DNA of 64,000 nucleotides, taken from positions 42,269 through 106,268 of the forward strand of contig JAZDNO010000002.1 in NCBI GenBank assembly GCA_043799545.1. The letters are read 5' to 3'. The translations under genes and the position numbers were made by a program. The DNA comes from Methanobacteriota archaeon. GTDB taxonomy: Archaea > Thermoplasmatota > Thermoplasmata > SG8-5 > DAIRED01. Shown here piece by piece: positions 18,808 through 29,583 of the stretch (within the stretch, counting starts at the first letter, position 1; every line of letters begins with the position of its first letter). The notes beneath the pieces are model-generated. The model was not told the DNA's origin. It ran no database searches and saw only the letters and a list, made by a program, of their open reading frames with translations.

Positions 18808-21800
18808 ATGAGAACATTTACCAAGGCGCTGGCGACGGTGTGTGTAGGCGTAATGTGCTTGACCGCACTCCAGAACGTTTCTGCCGGAGCTTATGACGAG
18901 GGGGAAGACATGGATATTTTCACGGATTCCCTTGGGAACAGGCATATGGTCTGGAGGGAATTAGTCAACGGGGTTTATCAGGTATTCTATAGCCTAGAGA
19001 TTGTCGATGATGAATACACGACAAACTATCAGTCTTATATGACACAGACCATTAACCAGAACTTAAATTTCGACGACGGGTACCTTACCATCCAGAATTG
19101 CCAAATTAATGGAAATTTAAAATTAACTCGCGCACAGGTCTCAATCATCAATTGTACGATAAATGGAAATGTTAAAATCGATATGGGAACGATGATAATC
19201 CGTTCAACTTCGTTACATGGAAACCTGGATATTAAAAATGCGAATTTAGAATTACGGGTTAACGAAATCAATGGGAACGTTAAATCTCAGACAAATACGG
19301 ATTTGTTTTTCCAAACTGTTATCACAGGCAATGAGATTGATGGAAATCTAGATTTAAAGAGTGGTATCTGCTACGTGGTTGGTAACTCAGTAAATGGGAA
19401 TCTCGATATCAAGTCTCCGGCCACAATTCAGTCGGTGAGTGATAACGATGTGAATGGAATGATCAAATTAACAAGCGATACAAGTGGTTTTAATGGAATC
19501 CAGATAACCAATTTAACGACCAATGCAGCATATCCGCAATGTGCAATGGACCCAACAACTGGATTATTCTACATAATATGGGTCACGAATGAAGGTGGGT
19601 ACAGGGCATGGTATAGCGGTAGTGACGATGTGGTCGAATGGAGCCTTCCTTATGTTACCGACGTTGTTATCAATACGTGTGACAATCCGCAGATGGATTT
19701 TATAGCGTATGGTGGAACCCTGAGCATCTCATGGTTGCAGTATGGCAATGCTCAAATTGTTGCTGACTTGGACTTTGATATGATTCCAGACATTAGTGAC
19801 GTTAATCCATTAACATATGATTCTCAAATCGGTATTGGAACGTTTAGCCCGGATGTTATCATGGCGGATGGTACGATGGGAATCAGTGTCGCTATTGATT
19901 ACGCGACGAATTTGACTATCAAACCGACACTCGCCATAGCCTCGTGTCCGATTCTAAATGCTAATTATGGGCCTTATTTTAGCGTTACAATAGGGTCATC
20001 AGATAATTTCACCGCCATCATTAAAATGAAGTTTGACCCGAATGCACTCTCCACTGACACAATCAAATACCTGCGTATGTACTGGCTTAGGGACGATACG
20101 AATTGGAAAATATTAAAAAATGTTTCCGCTGGGGAGGATACAGGGGTTGATTTGGACAATGGATATGTTTGGGCAGTTACTGCTCATTTCAGTACATTCA
20201 CAACCGCGGATTCTTCAATGGTGGATTCTGATTCTGATGGACTTACCGATGCCCAGGAGATAAATGCTGATGGAAGCTTACCTATTGTTATCGATAAATT
20301 TTCAGACGATTCAGCGGAAAGAAGTTTGATATTCAGCGGTTCAGACAGCCAAACTGTATGGTTGAAAGTTCCTATTAGCCAGATTGACATACTTCGCGCA
20401 TCATCAACCCAGATGGATGTTACAAGTAAATTATTCCAAATGTCAGTTCAGCAGATGTTATACAATGATGATGCTGCAGTTTATCAGTTAAGTCCCCAGA
20501 TATATGAGGATAAGGTGATTTGGTGCGACAATCGATACGATACAGTTTCAGGAAAATGCGCAGTATTTTTGAAAACAATTGGAACACCTGATGAAATACA
20601 ATTATCTTCGATTAATGAAAATTCTGGAAACGCGAAAATATCGGGTAATTATGTAGTGTGGTCTACATATAGCTCAACAAGCAATAAGATTAGCGTTTAT
20701 AATATTGAACGGAATGAGATAATCCAAAGTTTTGGGGTAAGTGCCGGTGATTTGGATATTTATGGTGATATAATGGTGTGGAGCGAAATGAGCGTTTACG
20801 GACCAGACTATCTATATACCTACAAAATCAGCACACAAGAACTTCAACAAATTACTACAACGGATTGTGGAGCCACTCATATATATGGCGATTATATAGC
20901 ATATCATGATCATACGCAGGGTGGATTGTGGCTATATCAGCTATCGACTCAACAATATACGAGAATCACGACTGCGGGTGTGAATCCCTGGATGCTCGAT
21001 ATTGATGACCGATATGTTGCATATTTAGATATAACTTCAAATGATATATATGCCTATGTCCTAGCTACGGGTGATACGATTCGATTGACCAATACATTTT
21101 CGTATGAAAGCAATCCCTCAGTCGACGGTGGAATTGTTCTCTGGACTGATTATAGAAATGGCGATCCGGACATATATGGTTTTGACATTCTAAAAAATTT
21201 TGAGATTCCAATATGTGTTGCATCAGGTAATCAGGGAGCTGCATCAAAATATGGAGATAATATCGTATGGCAAGACCAGCGAAATAGTCCACTTCCAAGA
21301 ATATATAGGGGAACAATCGGAACTCCATCTATTTCTATTGCTATTGGAGATAGAAACTTAGATAATATTGTGATGGACGGGACGAATTCAGAGTTCCCAG
21401 ATTTTTCTGTGCCATTAAATTATTATCTTTCGACACATAGTGATAGTGATGATGGGGTATCAGACAACTTTATCTCCGTGCCGCTGGCATTCTCAACAAC
21501 AGCTGTGGGGGAATTGACATTTTCAAACCTGGAAATCAATATTTATCCTGCCCTTACAGATCCAGTGAATTGGGATACGGACGGCGAGGGTCTTTCCGAT
21601 GGTGATGAAGTATTGATGTATTTTACGGATCCATGCGACATTGATACAGACGACGATAAATTGTCTGACTATGATGAACTCATGGGAATCTATCATGGGT
21701 ATATCAGCGACCCAAATAATCCTGACACAGATGGGGATAAAATAAACGATGGTGTTGAGGTAAATGTTTTATCGACTCAAAATTCGGAAATTAATACATT

Positions 21801-24800
21801 TACTGATGGATTTTCTACAAAAGATATTATCTTCACAGAAGCTGGTAGCCAAACAATCTCATTTGAGATTCCAATCACTGCTGAAGCAATAGAGTATGCG
21901 CAGGCTTCATCAGTGCAATTTGCATGCCAGGAATACTTGGTGATTGACAAAACTAAATACCATCATAAACTCGCGATGAATGATAACACAATTGTTTGGG
22001 CAGATAAAGTCGATGGAAATTACGACATTAAATCATATAATTTTATCAATGATGTTAGTAACCAGATACCGACTCTATCGGGCGATCAGGTGGAACCTGC
22101 AATGTACAATAATATCGTTGTATGGACCGATTATAGAAATGATGCGGATGGTAAATACACCGGTACAGGAGATAATGGTGATATTTACCTGTACAATATC
22201 GCTACTGGGGTTGGAAAATACATTTCTTCTTCCACGCAAAATGATTTTGATCCGGCAATTTATGGAAATTACGTTGTGTGGGTAAGAGAGAACAACAATC
22301 AACACGATATAATATTGTATGATATAGAGAAGGGGTATGAAAATTCTGCGACTGGCGAAATCGCAACACTTGGTGGGATGCCATATAATCAATTCGAGCC
22401 TAGCATTTGGGGACAAAGGATTGTCTGGACAGACTCAAGAGATGGAAATTTAAACATCTATATGCATGACATCAGCACTGGAATAACAATTCCTGTTACA
22501 AACAATCAAGCGATTCAAGATTCACCTTGCATATATGAAGATGTTATTGTATGGCGAGACAATAGAAATTCAAATTGGGACATATATTCATGTACTGTGG
22601 GTACATCAGGAGAAAATAAATTATCGAAGATGTCAAGTAATGAGTTTTCTCCAATGGTCTGGCAGGCCGGAGTAGTGTGGACAAAGGCTAATGATGACCA
22701 TTTTGATGCCCAATGGTATAGCGATGGAGTAACGCTTACCACATTCCCGCATTCTACCTTAACCGACCAATTACTTTGCACGGCATGGGGACAAAATATT
22801 GCTTGGATTGATTCCTCAGGATCCGGGTCAAAAATAACTATTTATTCGGTTGGGGATGCCCCTCAGGCAACAATCACGAGCATAACGCCGGATCCTGCAT
22901 CGCCAGATACTTATACATTCCAAGGAATTGGGTCTGCCGCCGGGAGTGCTACGATAATGGATTACAGGTGGTACTCCGACCTTGACGGTCTGCTGAGTTC
23001 GGCAGATACCTTTACTACATCGAGTATGACGAAGGGAACACATGATATATCATTTACAGTTAGATCAAGCAACGGTTTGTGGGCTATTCCATTCCACTCA
23101 ACAATCGTGATAAATAATGATATTCCAATTGCATACATATCTTCGATATCCGCAAACGCAGTCATAAAAGGCCAATCCGTCACATTCTATGGATTGGGAA
23201 CGGATTCAGATGGCTCGATCGTAAAGTATCGTTGGGTATCCAGTCTGGATGGGGACATCGGTAGCCAAGCATCATTGGCAACAAATATGTTGTCCTCTGG
23301 TAACCATGAGATATTTTTCTCAGTCATGGATGATGCTGGTGAGTGGTCTACAGTTGTTTCATCCGGTCCAATAATAGTTTCGGAGAGTTCAGTCACGACG
23401 GGAAACATACCGACAGGGGGTGGCATGATATGGCAATCTACCTATCCAAGGTTGATCAGCATCCAAGTCACGGCTGGAGCCTCCTCAAACTTCGGAATAT
23501 CCGTTGATGGAAGAACCTCCAGAAATGTAAAGAACAGTGGGACGTATTCGTATGTTGGATATGCTACATCGATTTCTCTGAGTTCTTTTGATAGTGGCGA
23601 ATCCGGAACATATTCAGTGCTCCCTGGCATCCTCACATCTTATAGTGGTAATATAAAGAGCGAAGATGTCATATGGGAATCGGATGTATTACGTGAAGTA
23701 ACTGTCAAAGTTGTTTCAAATACAGGGGAATTCGAAATTAATGCGAATGGGAATTGGAGGTCACTAGCCAATTTGGGAACGTATTGGTACGTGGGTAGAA
23801 CCGGTTCCATCGGAATTGATTCTCCTGGGGGATCGTTTAGTGGAACATACCAAATAACACTGGGCATATTAAATGGCTATTCAGGATTATTCTACGATTC
23901 CGGTTCTACGGAGGTAGTCTGGGAATCAGATACGGCGAGGGATGCGACAGTGAGGGTAACATCAACGAGTGGAACATTCTCTGTGAATGCGAATGGGAAT
24001 GCGAGAACAATGGCATACCCGGGGACGTACTGGTATGTCGGGATTACGAGTTGCGTACAAATGACATACGTAGGTTCAGGAGACAGTGGGAATTACGAGA
24101 TAATATTAGGAGTGCCAGGCAGTGCGAGCAGTTACACTGGAACATTCGCGTATGCTGCATCGACCCAAGTTGTCTGGGAATCTGACACAGCGAGAGTAGC
24201 GACTGTAAAAGTTTCATCAACAAGTGGGTCATTTGCAGTAAACGCGAATGGCAATACGAGGTCGATAGCATCACCAGGTACATACTGGTATATTGGGAGT
24301 ACGAACTGTGTACAACTGTCATCGATGGATTCTGGGGATGGGGGAAATTACGTAATAACGTTGGGAGTAGTTGATACGCCATATGGTTATTCTGGCACTA
24401 TTTCCGATGCCGGCACCAGTGAAGTAGTCTGGGAATCCGATATCGACCGATTGATGACAGTGAAGGTGGTATCGACAGACCCAGACCTCGGAGATACCTT
24501 CTCTGTAAAAATCGACGGAGCTACACGAGCAACATTAGCCAAGCCTGGCACATATTGGTATGTTGGTAATATTCATCTTGTAGAGTTAAGTTTATTCGGT
24601 CCAGATGATGCAGGGATATACGAGATAAAAAACGGTATAGCTGAGAGTTACTCGGGGTCATTATTCCACGATGGCGTTAGCGGTGGGAGCGAGGTAATTT
24701 GGGAATCGGATACATCCATTCTCGGATGCCAGGTCGACATCGTGGCATCATCTGGATCTTTCACAGCGTCGGTTAATGGCGGTTCAACAGTAACAGTATC

Positions 24801-27800
24801 TGCAACAACTCCATTATCCTACACAGGAGCGTTGTATTCCATCGTCATTTCCAGCTTTTCAAGCTCTGATACTGGTTCCTATCAAATAACACGAACAAAT
24901 CAGGCTCCAGTAGCAGAAATAATTTCGATATCTCCAAACCCAGTTACAGCAGGATCAGCAATTACATTCGTCGGCTCTGGAACGGATTCTGATGGATTTA
25001 TCGATGGATATTCGTGGTCGATATGGGTTATCGGAGGGTGCGATCCCGCAGTATTCACTAATACTCAGACATTCTCATGGGTTACGACTATTGTTGGTAC
25101 ACATACCGTATATTTTTCTGTGTGTGATGATGATGGCGTCTGGGCATCATCTGATATCGCAACGATAACTGTAACCGCGGCCTCTTCGATCATCTCAATA
25201 CCAGCCCCAATGATTTATGAGGATAAACTACCCTCATCGAATTATAACTGTGGCAATTCAATAAATGACCCAACTCTCCTTACAACCGTACCATCTGAAT
25301 TGCCTATTGCATCCATCGATTCGATTGGACCATCTCCATCGAGATACAACGAACTTGTTACAATGAGAGGGCATGGAACGGGAGCCAATGGTCGGACAAT
25401 CAAAGCATTTAGCTGGAGGTCCGGTGCAACAGCATTGGGTACATCTGCCACGACATCAACGCAATCATTGAGTGCTGGTATCCACATCATCTATTTCAAG
25501 GTCCAAGACAGCTCTGGTCTATGGTCTGAAGAAGTTGGGAGTGTTCTAGTCGTGAAAAGTAATATTCCGCCAATGGCTTTGATTTCGGCACCAATGGATA
25601 GCGCGGTGTTCGTATTTGGCGAGGACATCGTGTTCAATGCAGGGACAAGCTCAGACTCCAACAACGACAGGTTGACGTTCAACTGGGACTTCGGTGATGG
25701 AGCTACAAGTACTAATGTGGTATCTCATCATGCCTACATTATAGCTGATAATAATCAAAACCAGGAAACTACGTATACAATCCGATTGACAGTCAATGAT
25801 GGAATACTCGTGTCCGAGACTTCGATTCATATCCATGTACGGTCGAATATTATGCCGACAATAAGTTACACTCCAAATATTCGGACTACCTTAAATTATG
25901 AATACAAATCGACTCTAGCATCTCCTACCATATCCGTAGAGGTGGCGAATGATGATTGGACCAATCAAAATTTCCGATTGACGACAGAAACTATTTCGTT
26001 AACAAAAGGCATCAACAATTATCTAACATTATTCCATCAAGCGAATGTTGCAGGTACTGCGACTATAGTGTTAAAAATTTCGTCCACCTCTGCAGGACTA
26101 ATACGCGTTTCCAGTCTCTTCGTTCAAGTTTCAATCCTCGTGCTCGATTCTTCTTTCCCAGATACCGACCTTGACAACCTTGATGACGGAATCGAAGTAT
26201 ATGTGCACGGAACAAATCCATGTGTGCAGGATACGGATGGCGACACTTTGTCCGATTACTACGAGATAATGGGCACCCCGACCAGACCAGAGTTTCGTTC
26301 TGACCCGCTCTTATGGGACACAGATAACGATGGCTTAAACGATTATGAAGAATATTCTTATATCGGGTTAAATCCGCAGAACCGTGACACTGACGGAGAC
26401 TACCTATTTGATGGTGATGAATTATATCCATCGTTATACCATAAAGATTGGTTGTACACACCGTATTCGTCAAATCCCTTGAATCCGCATTCTGACAATG
26501 ATGGGTTGAATGACCATGCCGAAGCCATATTCTTGTGCAACCCAAAAGCCGTAGATACCGACCGTGATTACCTTTGGGATGGTGATGAAATCGATCCAAT
26601 TAATTTCCATAAAGACTACTACGAGACCGCTTTCTCATCTAGTCCAACGGTAATGGATTCAGACGCAGATGGGCTGACTGACTATGAGGAAGCCAGATAC
26701 CAATCGAATCCGATGACGAGTAATTCTGATGAGGATGGAATAAGCGACCCAGACGAGTTAACATATTTGTTGAATACTCCAAGATACCACTCATCGGGTG
26801 AAGGAACAATCATATATGGTGAGCAAACGTACAATTTTATCGTAGAAATGCCTCCAATTTATGGAACAGTACAAATGGTATATCTTTATCTAAGAATAAT
26901 GTACCCATATCTGGGATGGCAATTTACCCTAAGTTATTCAAGCCAGGGAGTCACAATCAACCAATTTGAAATAGAATATTCAACTGAGCAATACCTTGTG
27001 GGGGCACACGATCCAGACTGGTACCACCCATTGACACTTACCAAGGGAAGCGTCTGGACTTTGTCCGTTTATAGTCCCGAACCGTATGTTCTCGATATTC
27101 TACAGGAATTTTCATTGTTATTCTATAAATCTCCCTCGCCAACGCTCACGGACAGTGACGGGGACGGATGGAACGACAGCCTCGAAATCGGACAGGGCAC
27201 GGACCCTACATACTGGAACGATATTTCTGTAGGACTTGACACAGACGGTGACGGGTTGAGCAACAGCGTAGAAGACGCAGACGGAGACGGGGCGATAGAC
27301 GGCGATACAAACAACAATGGCATTATTGATTATGGCGAGATTTGGCATGAAACAAACCCGAACAATCCTGATTCAGACGGGGACGGCCTGTGGGATGGGG
27401 ATGAAATCGACCCGATAACAATCCATAAAGATGCGTATGAAACAAAATTCCCATCAGACCCAAAGCTGAAAAACTCGGATTCTGATACCTTGGATGATAG
27501 GCAGGAGGCTATATACCAGTCCAATCCGAAATTGAAGCACTCAGACAACGACGGGCTGGATGACGCACAAGAGATAGCATTTGGGTGCAGTCCGACAAAC
27601 CCAGACAGCGATGTTATCAACGGCATGATGGTCGGCGACGGCCTATACGATGGTTGGGTCGATACTAACGGTGATGGAGTATACAACGCGGGAGAGCCCA
27701 AGGGCGAACTCGGCGATCCTGACCTGGGATATGCTGGGGGGCTCGGGACGGACCCGCACGACCCCGACATGGACAACGACGGGCTTCGAGACGGCTGGGA

Positions 27801-29583
27801 GGATACCAACGGTGATGGTTGGTACCAACCGGGTGAGACCTGGGGCGAAATTGGAAACAGTCTCCAGGGGCTAGGGGGATATGGCACGTCCCCAACAGAT
27901 GAGGACTCCGATAACGATGGAATCAATGACGGACCGGAATCGATATACTGGCTGACGCAAACGGGAACGCGTGCGGTAGACTCTATTGGGACTCTACTGA
28001 ACAACCCGAATTCTGATGGTGACGGATGGACAGACGGCGAGGAAATTAATACCTATTTCACGAACCCAGGGCTGACTTCCACAGACTCGGACGGAGTTCC
28101 AGACGACTGTGACATTGACCCTCTCGTAAATACACAAGTTACATTGAAGATAACAGAGATAGAAGCAAAGGATGATGTGGATCCAAATAATGATCCTGCA
28201 GACTTTTTTATAAGATGTAATATCAACGGTGTTCTATTTGGGCGTAATCCAACTATTAATGACGATACACCATCGAATTACCTAGTCAATAAAAATGGTA
28301 TCGGAACGTGGGATCAGGACAATCACAAAACACCAGATGAGATTGAGAACCAATTACAATTCACCGTGGATGTTTCGGATGACAAGACACAATATAATAG
28401 TAGGATGGAAATCGAAATTGCAATCTCCCTTTTCGATGATGACTATGGGCGCAGTCCGCCTGATGATGACCTATGTGATATAACTCGATTCCCGATTTCG
28501 AATACTGCTTATATATTCTATAGTTTAAAATTCGCTCAATGGTCTGGTGAGGATGCGATATATTTCGATCCTTTATCAGATCCTAGTAACACCCCAGGTG
28601 ATCCACCAACGGGGGGTATTTATGATGACCGATTCGAATATAATTACGGCAATTATGGGCGTAGCTATGGGATGATATCTGGTGAAGAGGATGGTATTAG
28701 AGGGGATGAGAATGATTGCATAGTATGGTTTGATATTACACAAAGTGATTTTGATAACGATGGGTGGACGTATTGGGAAGAGATGGATTATTTTGGCACG
28801 AATCCAAAAATCACTAATCAAAAATATGCTATTGTTGTTGGATGCTCTAATTATGATGATGAACCAATATATACAAATGATCTACGATGTGGCGATAATG
28901 ATGGAAAGGTCGTGTACGATTGGTTATTGGCTGCAGGCTGGTCCCGAGATAATGTATATTTCTATGTCAACTCTAACTTAGAGGATGGAGATCCAGGAGC
29001 ATCTGAATTAAGAGAATATGATGTCGATGGTGAGCCAACGACAGCGAACGTTGATAATGCATTTAGTATTATTGACGGTTGTGTTACTGAAAATGATATT
29101 ATCTTTTTCTACTATTCTGGACACGGTGAAGCAGGGACCTCATCTTTATGGTTTGTTGGTGAGGATAAATACAGTCCTATAAGTTTATTAAATAAATTCT
29201 CATATTTACATGCAATGCATAAAATACTTATTCTAGATTCTTGCTTTGCTGGTGGTTTCGTTGATGAGATTAATAAAGTAATATCTGGAAATGCGTATGT
29301 AGATACGATTGTAATAGCTTCATCAACTAGCGCCGAAACAAGTGGTTATTTGCCCCCTCGCTTTGGAATCGGTGACATTGAGTTAGTAACCAATAGTTAT
29401 ACAACCCTTGACATCACAAATTATATTCTTCAGAGACCATCCGAGCCCATTACACACCCCAGAAGTCTCCAAGATGTCATCGATTTCCTCCCCGAACGAC
29501 CAACTCAGCATCCACAAAGTGCTGACCGCGGAGGTATTGCACAGGATATCTATTATCTCGATGTAGGGTGGTGTAACATATGA
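18808..29583 (+). CDS. Giant secreted multidomain protein (3591 aa) with C-terminal caspase-like (clan CD, C14-like) protease domain
   Basis: Signal peptide; GN[LV]xI beta-helix; two beta-propeller repeat blocks (IVWxDxR..GxxDIY); PKD domains; six ~80-aa repeats; many DxDxDGLxDxxE Ca-binding repeats; C-terminal KYAIVVG..YYSGHG..ILDSCFAGGF. No C-terminal TM. Confidence 0.9.
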   Translation: MRTFTKALATVCVGVMCLTALQNVSAGAYDEGEDMDIFTDSLGNRHMVWRELVNGVYQVFYSLEIVDDEYTTNYQSYMTQTINQNLNFDDGYLTIQNCQINGNLKLTRAQVSIINCTINGNVKIDMGTMIIRSTSLHGNLDIKNANLELRVNEINGNVKSQTNTDLFFQTVITGNEIDGNLDLKSGICYVVGNSVNGNLDIKSPATIQSVSDNDVNGMIKLTSDTSGFNGIQITNLTTNAAYPQCAMDPTTGLFYIIWVTNEGGYRAWYSGSDDVVEWSLPYVTDVVINTCDNPQMDFIAYGGTLSISWLQYGNAQIVADLDFDMIPDISDVNPLTYDSQIGIGTFSPDVIMADGTMGISVAIDYATNLTIKPTLAIASCPILNANYGPYFSVTIGSSDNFTAIIKMKFDPNALSTDTIKYLRMYWLRDDTNWKILKNVSAGEDTGVDLDNGYVWAVTAHFSTFTTADSSMVDSDSDGLTDAQEINADGSLPIVIDKFSDDSAERSLIFSGSDSQTVWLKVPISQIDILRASSTQMDVTSKLFQMSVQQMLYNDDAAVYQLSPQIYEDKVIWCDNRYDTVSGKCAVFLKTIGTPDEIQLSSINENSGNAKISGNYVVWSTYSSTSNKISVYNIERNEIIQSFGVSAGDLDIYGDIMVWSEMSVYGPDYLYTYKISTQELQQITTTDCGATHIYGDYIAYHDHTQGGLWLYQLSTQQYTRITTAGVNPWMLDIDDRYVAYLDITSNDIYAYVLATGDTIRLTNTFSYESNPSVDGGIVLWTDYRNGDPDIYGFDILKNFEIPICVASGNQGAASKYGDNIVWQDQRNSPLPRIYRGTIGTPSISIAIGDRNLDNIVMDGTNSEFPDFSVPLNYYLSTHSDSDDGVSDNFISVPLAFSTTAVGELTFSNLEINIYPALTDPVNWDTDGEGLSDGDEVLMYFTDPCDIDTDDDKLSDYDELMGIYHGYISDPNNPDTDGDKINDGVEVNVLSTQNSEINTFTDGFSTKDIIFTEAGSQTISFEIPITAEAIEYAQASSVQFACQEYLVIDKTKYHHKLAMNDNTIVWADKVDGNYDIKSYNFINDVSNQIPTLSGDQVEPAMYNNIVVWTDYRNDADGKYTGTGDNGDIYLYNIATGVGKYISSSTQNDFDPAIYGNYVVWVRENNNQHDIILYDIEKGYENSATGEIATLGGMPYNQFEPSIWGQRIVWTDSRDGNLNIYMHDISTGITIPVTNNQAIQDSPCIYEDVIVWRDNRNSNWDIYSCTVGTSGENKLSKMSSNEFSPMVWQAGVVWTKANDDHFDAQWYSDGVTLTTFPHSTLTDQLLCTAWGQNIAWIDSSGSGSKITIYSVGDAPQATITSITPDPASPDTYTFQGIGSAAGSATIMDYRWYSDLDGLLSSADTFTTSSMTKGTHDISFTVRSSNGLWAIPFHSTIVINNDIPIAYISSISANAVIKGQSVTFYGLGTDSDGSIVKYRWVSSLDGDIGSQASLATNMLSSGNHEIFFSVMDDAGEWSTVVSSGPIIVSESSVTTGNIPTGGGMIWQSTYPRLISIQVTAGASSNFGISVDGRTSRNVKNSGTYSYVGYATSISLSSFDSGESGTYSVLPGILTSYSGNIKSEDVIWESDVLREVTVKVVSNTGEFEINANGNWRSLANLGTYWYVGRTGSIGIDSPGGSFSGTYQITLGILNGYSGLFYDSGSTEVVWESDTARDATVRVTSTSGTFSVNANGNARTMAYPGTYWYVGITSCVQMTYVGSGDSGNYEIILGVPGSASSYTGTFAYAASTQVVWESDTARVATVKVSSTSGSFAVNANGNTRSIASPGTYWYIGSTNCVQLSSMDSGDGGNYVITLGVVDTPYGYSGTISDAGTSEVVWESDIDRLMTVKVVSTDPDLGDTFSVKIDGATRATLAKPGTYWYVGNIHLVELSLFGPDDAGIYEIKNGIAESYSGSLFHDGVSGGSEVIWESDTSILGCQVDIVASSGSFTASVNGGSTVTVSATTPLSYTGALYSIVISSFSSSDTGSYQITRTNQAPVAEIISISPNPVTAGSAITFVGSGTDSDGFIDGYSWSIWVIGGCDPAVFTNTQTFSWVTTIVGTHTVYFSVCDDDGVWASSDIATITVTAASSIISIPAPMIYEDKLPSSNYNCGNSINDPTLLTTVPSELPIASIDSIGPSPSRYNELVTMRGHGTGANGRTIKAFSWRSGATALGTSATTSTQSLSAGIHIIYFKVQDSSGLWSEEVGSVLVVKSNIPPMALISAPMDSAVFVFGEDIVFNAGTSSDSNNDRLTFNWDFGDGATSTNVVSHHAYIIADNNQNQETTYTIRLTVNDGILVSETSIHIHVRSNIMPTISYTPNIRTTLNYEYKSTLASPTISVEVANDDWTNQNFRLTTETISLTKGINNYLTLFHQANVAGTATIVLKISSTSAGLIRVSSLFVQVSILVLDSSFPDTDLDNLDDGIEVYVHGTNPCVQDTDGDTLSDYYEIMGTPTRPEFRSDPLLWDTDNDGLNDYEEYSYIGLNPQNRDTDGDYLFDGDELYPSLYHKDWLYTPYSSNPLNPHSDNDGLNDHAEAIFLCNPKAVDTDRDYLWDGDEIDPINFHKDYYETAFSSSPTVMDSDADGLTDYEEARYQSNPMTSNSDEDGISDPDELTYLLNTPRYHSSGEGTIIYGEQTYNFIVEMPPIYGTVQMVYLYLRIMYPYLGWQFTLSYSSQGVTINQFEIEYSTEQYLVGAHDPDWYHPLTLTKGSVWTLSVYSPEPYVLDILQEFSLLFYKSPSPTLTDSDGDGWNDSLEIGQGTDPTYWNDISVGLDTDGDGLSNSVEDADGDGAIDGDTNNNGIIDYGEIWHETNPNNPDSDGDGLWDGDEIDPITIHKDAYETKFPSDPKLKNSDSDTLDDRQEAIYQSNPKLKHSDNDGLDDAQEIAFGCSPTNPDSDVINGMMVGDGLYDGWVDTNGDGVYNAGEPKGELGDPDLGYAGGLGTDPHDPDMDNDGLRDGWEDTNGDGWYQPGETWGEIGNSLQGLGGYGTSPTDEDSDNDGINDGPESIYWLTQTGTRAVDSIGTLLNNPNSDGDGWTDGEEINTYFTNPGLTSTDSDGVPDDCDIDPLVNTQVTLKITEIEAKDDVDPNNDPADFFIRCNINGVLFGRNPTINDDTPSNYLVNKNGIGTWDQDNHKTPDEIENQLQFTVDVSDDKTQYNSRMEIEIAISLFDDDYGRSPPDDDLCDITRFPISNTAYIFYSLKFAQWSGEDAIYFDPLSDPSNTPGDPPTGGIYDDRFEYNYGNYGRSYGMISGEEDGIRGDENDCIVWFDITQSDFDNDGWTYWEEMDYFGTNPKITNQKYAIVVGCSNYDDEPIYTNDLRCGDNDGKVVYDWLLAAGWSRDNVYFYVNSNLEDGDPGASELREYDVDGEPTTANVDNAFSIIDGCVTENDIIFFYYSGHGEAGTSSLWFVGEDKYSPISLLNKFSYLHAMHKILILDSCFAGGFVDEINKVISGNAYVDTIVIASSTSAETSGYLPPRFGIGDIELVTNSYTTLDITNYILQRPSEPITHPRSLQDVIDFLPERPTQHPQSADRGGIAQDIYYLDVGWCNI

